A stretch of DNA of 64,000 nt from Candidatus Levyibacteriota bacterium. GTDB lineage: Bacteria; Patescibacteriota; Microgenomatia; Levybacterales; UBA12049. Positions within the stretch are counted from its first letter, which is position 1. Each line of letters begins with the position of its first letter. Positions 58,602-64,000 of the stretch are shown piece by piece. Location of the stretch: positions 67,454-131,453 of the forward strand of contig PJMG01000022.1 in assembly GCA_003173895.1 (NCBI GenBank), in the 5' to 3' direction. The notes under the pieces were generated by a model. The model was not told the origin of the DNA. It saw only the letters and a list, made by a program, of their open reading frames with translations, and made no database searches. The position numbers were made by a program, and so were the translations under genes.

Positions 58602-61040
58602 TTAACATTCTGAATAGCCACAACTATAACATTTTTTACAACCTTCTTCGTATGCGAAACTGGTTACTCCACATTCAGGACAAATATCATACAAATGAGT
58701 TTTTGGTGCTTCATCAACTAGAGCTAGTGGCTGTTGAGTGTTTGAAACTTCTACAGTATTTTCCATTTTAGCAGCAGATGGTACTTCTCCATGGTTTATT
58801 ACTTCATCAATAATTTTTTTATCTTCTACTTTTCCATTAACCATGAAATTGAAATGTTGTGATAAAACTTTAGCTATAGCATCAGGAAGTGAACGAACAC
58901 GATTTACACCAAAACCTACACTTCTGGCTCCCCCAATTCCAGTCAATTGGGCGACTATTTGTTTTACTCGATCACGTGGAGTTAAACTTCCGTTAAGTCT
59001 AAGATTTAGAGAGATAAGACGGCCTAAACCTTCTGCCATAGCACCTACATCAGATCCAGATTTACCAATAGTGATAAATACCTCAAAAGGTTCTTTATTT
59101 TCTGTGTGATTAATCGTTATAAACGTATCACCTACTGGCGTTTTAACTTCATAAGTGGCTCCTTCTATTCTCGAAGGTCTAGTAATTACAGGCATAATAG
59201 GAAGCGCTTGTTGAACCGTTTCTGGTTTAACTTCGTCTTTTTTCTTCTCATCAATTCGTTCTAAAACACCCTGCCTAGAACCATCTCTCATATATGTAAC
59301 GCCTTTTAGATTGTAGTCGTATGCTGCCATATAAAGTGTTTTTACATCATCTACAGTATGTGTATTGGGAGCATTAACTGTTTTAGAGATAGATGAATCG
59401 ATATATTTTTGAGCAATTGCCTGAACTTTAACATGCTCCATAGGAGTCAAATCATTAGCTGAAACAAAATATGAAGGGCGTTCTTCATCAGGATGAGCTT
59501 TTCTCCATTGGCCAAATAATTCATGATAAACCAAATCTTCTCCACCTCTCCATTTACGTATGAATGAGAACTCATAAACTGGCTCCACTCCAGAGGAAGT
59601 TCCAGAAACAGTAGAAGTAGTACCAGTAGGAGCAATAGTTAAAAGTACAGCATTTCTAATGCCATTTTTAGCTATTCTGTCTCTTATTTCTTTTGGCAAA
59701 TTTTGAATATGGTAACCTTTTAAATATTTAGATTTAATAAATTTAGGGAATGAACCTTTTTCGCGAGCGATATCTGAGGATGCAATATATGCATTATCGC
59801 GTAGCGTTTTAAATATTTTCTCAATAACTGGGAGTGATTCTTCTCTTCCATAACCAAGTTTCATTTTTATAAGTGCATCTCCTAATCCCATTATTCCTAA
59901 ACCTGTTCTTCTAATATCTTTAGCGCATTTTTCGTTTTCTGGGAAAAAGTAATAGGTTTTATCAATCACATCATCTAAAAATCTCATGGCAACTTGGACA
60001 TCTTTTCCAAATGACTCAAAATCAAATTCTCCTGCTTTATCATGAGATAAATCATCACCTTTCACATAGGCAGATAAATTCATAGCACCTAGATTACAAA
60101 CAGCCCATGGACCTAAAGGTTGTTCACCACAAGGATTGGTAGCTACTAATCGCTCAAAATAATAAGTGTTTGACTGTTTATTAGAACGATCTAAGAAATG
60201 AAGTCCTGGTTCCGCAGATCTCCAAGCTGCTGTACAAATAAGATCCCATAGATATCTAGCTTTTAGAGTTTTATACACTTTAACTTTTTTACCGAGTGCT
60301 TTCCAATGATCTATTTCTCCATCCCATTTTTCATCATATTCAGGATCTTCTACATCTGGAAAGACTAAATCCCAATCCTTATCATTTTTAACAGCCTGCA
60401 TAAATGCATCTGAGATACAAACAGATAAATTAGCTCCATTAATTTTAGTTAAATCTTGCTTTACAGTAATAAATTCTTCTACATCAGGATGCCAATCCCA
60501 GAGCATAAGCATAGTAGCACCACGTCTAGTTCCACCTTGCTGAACTACATCATGAGTCGCAAATGAAAACATTCCAGCCCAAGTTACAGGACCAGATGAA
60601 GTCCCATTAACTTTTTTAACACGTGCCCCTCTCGGACGAAGAGAGGATAAATTAAGACCAACTCCACCTGAACGAGATTGAATCTCTACTAATTGTTTTA
60701 AACTATCTAATATTCCATCTCGTGAATCATGAGGAGAAGGAATAACAAAACAGTTAAAGTATGTAACTTGATAATTTGTACCTGCTCCGGATAAAATTCT
60801 TCCACCTGGAACAAATTTGAAATCTTCTAAAACATCGTAAAATTTTTTCTCCCAAATTTTTCTTAAAGCTGGTTTTTCATTTTGAGCGATACCCCAAGCA
60901 ACACGTGCCCATGTCTCCTCAGGTGTTGATTCTGCTAGTGATCCATCTGGATTTTTAAGAGCATAACGATCTAAAAACACTTTCTCTCTTAAAGTCCCTA
61001 TAAAATTTTTTTGTTTTGTTTGTTTTTTATTATCAGCCAT
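58602..61040 (-). CDS. nrdJ: adenosylcobalamin-dependent (class II) ribonucleotide reductase
   Basis: 812 aa. N-terminal B12-RNR signature (FLDRYALK..., WARVAW), catalytic Cys regions, and a C-terminal CxxC...CxxC zinc ribbon. Confidence 0.9.
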   Translation of the reverse strand: MADNKKQTKQKNFIGTLREKVFLDRYALKNPDGSLAESTPEETWARVAWGIAQNEKPALRKIWEKKFYDVLEDFKFVPGGRILSGAGTNYQVTYFNCFVIPSPHDSRDGILDSLKQLVEIQSRSGGVGLNLSSLRPRGARVKKVNGTSSGPVTWAGMFSFATHDVVQQGGTRRGATMLMLWDWHPDVEEFITVKQDLTKINGANLSVCISDAFMQAVKNDKDWDLVFPDVEDPEYDEKWDGEIDHWKALGKKVKVYKTLKARYLWDLICTAAWRSAEPGLHFLDRSNKQSNTYYFERLVATNPCGEQPLGPWAVCNLGAMNLSAYVKGDDLSHDKAGEFDFESFGKDVQVAMRFLDDVIDKTYYFFPENEKCAKDIRRTGLGIMGLGDALIKMKLGYGREESLPVIEKIFKTLRDNAYIASSDIAREKGSFPKFIKSKYLKGYHIQNLPKEIRDRIAKNGIRNAVLLTIAPTGTTSTVSGTSSGVEPVYEFSFIRKWRGGEDLVYHELFGQWRKAHPDEERPSYFVSANDLTPMEHVKVQAIAQKYIDSSISKTVNAPNTHTVDDVKTLYMAAYDYNLKGVTYMRDGSRQGVLERIDEKKKDEVKPETVQQALPIMPVITRPSRIEGATYEVKTPVGDTFITINHTENKEPFEVFITIGKSGSDVGAMAEGLGRLISLNLRLNGSLTPRDRVKQIVAQLTGIGGARSVGFGVNRVRSLPDAIAKVLSQHFNFMVNGKVEDKKIIDEVINHGEVPSAAKMENTVEVSNTQQPLALVDEAPKTHLYDICPECGVTSFAYEEGCKKCYSCGYSEC

Positions 61041-61044
61041 AAAT

Positions 61045-61494
61045 TTATTTTGTTAACTTCCTAACTTCCTTTTCAAAATCTTCTATATCTACAAATCGTT
61101 TAAAAACACTTGAAAACCTAATATATGCCACTTGATCTAACTTTTTAAGCCGTTTCGCTACCATATCTCCTATTTCTTTACTCTTAACTTCACTATTATC
61201 TCGGCTTAAAACATCTTTTTCTACATCAGTTACTATTTTTTCTATTTGTTCCAGACTAACTTTAGTTTTATCGCAAGAAGTTAAGATACCTTTTTTTAGT
61301 TTCTCACGATCAAACTGTTCCCGCCTTCCGTCTCTTTTTATAACAAATAGATTTACATTTTCTACTCTTTCGTAGGTCGTAAATCTTTTACCGCATGATA
61401 AGCAAGATCTTCGTCTTCTTATAGTACCTAAGTCCTCGTTATCTCGCGTTTCAATTACTTCTGATTGAGTACTTTTACAATATGGACACTTCAT
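61045..61494 (-). CDS. nrdR: transcriptional repressor NrdR
   Basis: MKCPYCKSTQSEVIETR...CLSCGKRFTTYE zinc ribbon plus an ATP-cone. Confidence 0.9.
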   Translation of the reverse strand: MKCPYCKSTQSEVIETRDNEDLGTIRRRRSCLSCGKRFTTYERVENVNLFVIKRDGRREQFDREKLKKGILTSCDKTKVSLEQIEKIVTDVEKDVLSRDNSEVKSKEIGDMVAKRLKKLDQVAYIRFSSVFKRFVDIEDFEKEVRKLTK

Positions 61495-61511
61495 AAGTTT
61501 ATTTTATCCTG

Positions 61512-61527
61512 CCTCTATATGTAGTGT
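61512..61527. promoter_or_regulatory. candidate NrdR box upstream of nrdR-nrdJ
   Basis: cctctatatgtagtgt matches the NrdR palindrome consensus acaCtATATaTAGtgt at 13 of 16 positions, 18 nt upstream of the nrdR start. Confidence 0.4.
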
Positions 61528-61677
61528 CAACATCATAATAGAACCACCAGTAATAGTGCGTCAACTAGGAATTTATATATCAAAATATAACAGCACTTGT
61601 TTTTAGCTTCAAAATTATTTTGAGCAAAAAAATCAAATTTTACTGAATAATTTTGTTGTTCAACATAAGATAATAGA

Positions 61678-62214
61678 CTATTTTAGTAGTTTATTTAATT
61701 GGGCCTCAAATCCTACTGACCTTTTTAATTCACTATTAAATCGTGCCTGTAAAGTAGAATTCGCATAGGTCACCATATTTGAAAGCATATACTCTCTAAG
61801 CTTATTACTATTGCTCATATTATTTACATCACCTACGATAAACTCTCCTTGCTTTTTTGCTAAATTTATTTGTTCAATTGCTTGATTAAAATAATTTTGT
61901 GCTTTTGAAATAGTATCTAATGCTAAAGCCTGATTACCAGAATCATAAAGCATTTGAGCTGCTTCAGTTCGTTTATCAGTTAAACTTAAATCATACTCTG
62001 CTTTTTTAAGAGGATCAGAAATAAAAAAACCTACTAACATATCGCGAGCTACTTTAATTTTATATAAAGGATTATTGGGTAAGATTCCAGGATAAGGTAA
62101 AGTATAATTAACAGGAGGGAATTTAGTAGCAGAACTAGGAGCTTGAGCAAATGCGGAAAAATTAAAGATTAAAAATACAAAAATAAAAATAACCAGGGTA
62201 AAAAATACTCTCAT
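61678..62214 (-). CDS. secreted hypothetical protein
   Basis: N-terminal signal peptide (MRVFFTLVIFIFVFLIFNFSAFA) and a helical body. Confidence 0.4.
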   Translation of the reverse strand: MRVFFTLVIFIFVFLIFNFSAFAQAPSSATKFPPVNYTLPYPGILPNNPLYKIKVARDMLVGFFISDPLKKAEYDLSLTDKRTEAAQMLYDSGNQALALDTISKAQNYFNQAIEQINLAKKQGEFIVGDVNNMSNSNKLREYMLSNMVTYANSTLQARFNSELKRSVGFEAQLNKLLK

Positions 62215-62217
62215 AAA

Positions 62218-62799
62218 TTATTTAGAATTTAAACTTTGAAGGACTTTTTGAAGAGCAGCATCTGGATCTAAAATAAAAGTGTTAATGACCAAATCATAAT
62301 ATTTTTCTTCCCAATAAGTCCAATTTTCATCATTCTCCGGAGCATAAAGTCGTCTCCATTTTTCTATATCACTCTTTTCCCGATGTAAAACTTCTTCTTT
62401 AGCCTCAGAGACAGAAATATGTTCTCTATTTACTAAACGGTCAATTCTGATTTGGGTTTGATCTGCTCCATTTTCTTCACATAAAACCAAAACTTTAAAA
62501 ATACCATCAATTCCTTGAGCATTAAAACCTGCTAATTTAGTTTCTAAAACAATATCTTTATCTTCATTTAAAATTTTTTTAAGTTGTGCGTCAAATAATT
62601 CATCTTCATTATCGGGTCTTAAATTAGTATCTTTTTCAGCTAGACCCATTTTATTACGTAGCGCCTCCCAGAAAATTTCTCCCCCTTCTATATGTCGCCA
62701 ATGTAAATGATGAGCTAGTTTTTTAGCTAAAGTGGTAGAACCAGATGCAATTCTTCCAGAAATAGTAATAATACGAATAGAAGGATCAATATTTTGCAT
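62218..62799 (-). CDS. cmk: cytidylate kinase (archaeal-type, short)
   Basis: IITISGRIASGSTTLAKKLA P-loop and an LID region. The start is moved to MQNID (62799) because the track start overlaps the gap gene. Confidence 0.6.
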   Translation of the reverse strand: MQNIDPSIRIITISGRIASGSTTLAKKLAHHLHWRHIEGGEIFWEALRNKMGLAEKDTNLRPDNEDELFDAQLKKILNEDKDIVLETKLAGFNAQGIDGIFKVLVLCEENGADQTQIRIDRLVNREHISVSEAKEEVLHREKSDIEKWRRLYAPENDENWTYWEEKYYDLVINTFILDPDAALQKVLQSLNSK

Positions 62800-62807
62800 A
62801 AAATTTA

Positions 62808-63848
62808 TTATTTTGGAGCTACTAATACAGCTTCTTCTACTAGTCGAGTAGCATACCCCCACTCATTATCATACCAAGCAATTATTTTTACCAAATTTCC
62901 CCCGACTACTTGAGTTAAAGATAAATCAACTATAGAAGAATGAGAATTACCTTTAATATCTGAGGATACAATAGGTTCTGTAGTAACCTCAACTAAATTT
63001 TTAAAAGCTTCCGAGTTAGCTGCATCAGTTAAAACTTTATTCACTTCTTCAATAGAAGTATTACGTTTCAATAGGAATGTAAAATCAGAGAGAGATCCAG
63101 TTATAACTGGCACACGAATAGAAAGTCCTGTAAAAAGTCCTTCTAATTCTGGAACTGCTTTAGTAGCCGCTATAGTCGCTCCAGTAGTAGTAGGAACTAT
63201 ATTATCAGCTGCTGCGCGTGCACGTCTGTAATCCTTATGACCATCATCCTGAAGTTTTTGATCAGAAGTAAAAGCATGAATAGTAGTCATCATAGCTTTT
63301 TCTACTCCAAAATTATCTACCATGATTTTAGCTACTGGTGAAATACAATTAGTAGTACAAGAAGCATTACTTACTATTTCTTCATTATTATATTTATCGC
63401 TATTAACTCCAATTACGTAGGTAGGAGTTTCATCTTTAGCCGGCGCTGACATAATAACTCGCTTAGCACCCGCTTTTATATGATCTTCAGCTTTAACTTC
63501 AGCTAAGAAATGTCCTGTACATTCCAGAACTACATCTATGTTTAACGCCCCCCAAGGAAGAAGTGTAGCATCTTTTTGAGAATAAACTTTTATTTCCTTA
63601 TCATCAATTAAAAGCGCCCCTAAAAAATCTGGGTTGGTATCTGAAGGATCTTTTTCTTTTATAGAAATTTTATTTGCTAAATTTCCGTATGAAGTATCAT
63701 ATTTTAGAAGATACATCCAACCTTTAAGATCTGTAGAAGAACCTGTATTTATAGCAACTACATTTATTTTATCCAAGAAACTTTTAAGAATTATTCTGTG
63801 AGCTACTCTCCCTATTCGACCATAACCATTAATGGCTATATTAATCAT
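62808..63848 (-). CDS. gap: glyceraldehyde-3-phosphate dehydrogenase (type I)
   Basis: INGYGRIGR NAD motif and the ASCTTNC active site. Confidence 0.95.
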   Translation of the reverse strand: MINIAINGYGRIGRVAHRIILKSFLDKINVVAINTGSSTDLKGWMYLLKYDTSYGNLANKISIKEKDPSDTNPDFLGALLIDDKEIKVYSQKDATLLPWGALNIDVVLECTGHFLAEVKAEDHIKAGAKRVIMSAPAKDETPTYVIGVNSDKYNNEEIVSNASCTTNCISPVAKIMVDNFGVEKAMMTTIHAFTSDQKLQDDGHKDYRRARAAADNIVPTTTGATIAATKAVPELEGLFTGLSIRVPVITGSLSDFTFLLKRNTSIEEVNKVLTDAANSEAFKNLVEVTTEPIVSSDIKGNSHSSIVDLSLTQVVGGNLVKIIAWYDNEWGYATRLVEEAVLVAPK

Positions 63849-64000
63849 GCATTAATATTAATTCATTCAAAAAATTCTTGCAAGCAAAGAAAGAATTTAT
63901 ATTTTTCTCTGCATCTCACGTTCTAAATCTTTTTTCTTAAGTAATTCTTTTTTCTCGTATTGTTTTCTACCCTTTCCTAAAGCAATCTCTAACTTTATGT

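Noticed and set aside
57593-59635. Shadow ORFs 57593..57835, 58195..58428, 58738..59109 and 59447..59635
   Set aside because: All lie antisense or out of frame within pduO, the NUDIX gene and nrdJ.
63904-64000. Partial minus-strand ORF at the window end (...IKLEIALGKGRKQYEKKELLKKKDLEREMQRKI*)
   Set aside because: Only about 32 codons are visible and there is no identifiable family. It may be the C-terminus of a real gene but cannot be supported.

Overview
This 64 kb window is AT-rich (roughly 28-32% GC by eye) and densely packed with short, closely spaced genes. TGA is used as an ordinary stop codon (standard bacterial code), for example at the end of tatD. The gene content looks like a reduced-genome bacterium of the Candidate Phyla Radiation (Patescibacteria) type. 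It has Gram-positive-like envelope genes (LCP, FemAB, an LPXTG protein, MurJ), type IV pilus PilN/PilO-like genes, NiSOD with its SodX protease, a B12-dependent class II RNR with NrdR and a PduO adenosyltransferase, and large polytopic glycosyltransferase-like membrane proteins. I call about 70 CDS and 3 tRNAs and see no rRNA or CRISPR array. Housekeeping genes present are metG, trpS, groES/groEL, lepA, rpsT, tpiA, gap, cmk, tgt, def, uvrD/pcrA, tatD and xerC-like. There are two envelope and glycan clusters, at 4.5-10 kb and 18-31 kb. An accessory-looking segment runs from about 45.5 to 57.3 kb and begins at a divergent pair of tRNA-Met(CAU) genes, one of them initiator-like with a C1·A72 mismatch. 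Immediately downstream lies a three-gene cassette at 45.9-49.5 kb with visibly higher GC and no recognisable protein motifs, which is the best candidate for an undescribed system. It is followed by XRE-type regulators, RadC, a DUF62 SAM-hydrolase-like gene, a XerC-like recombinase, a tRNA-Ile with a TAT anticodon and a VirB4/TraC-like membrane ATPase. Other notable items are a mosaic intergenic repeat family with at least three copies, a GC-rich in-frame structured insertion inside tatD, a candidate NrdR box and a TrpR/YerC-like CTAG operator. All calls rest on sequence motifs I recognise by eye; no database search was possible.
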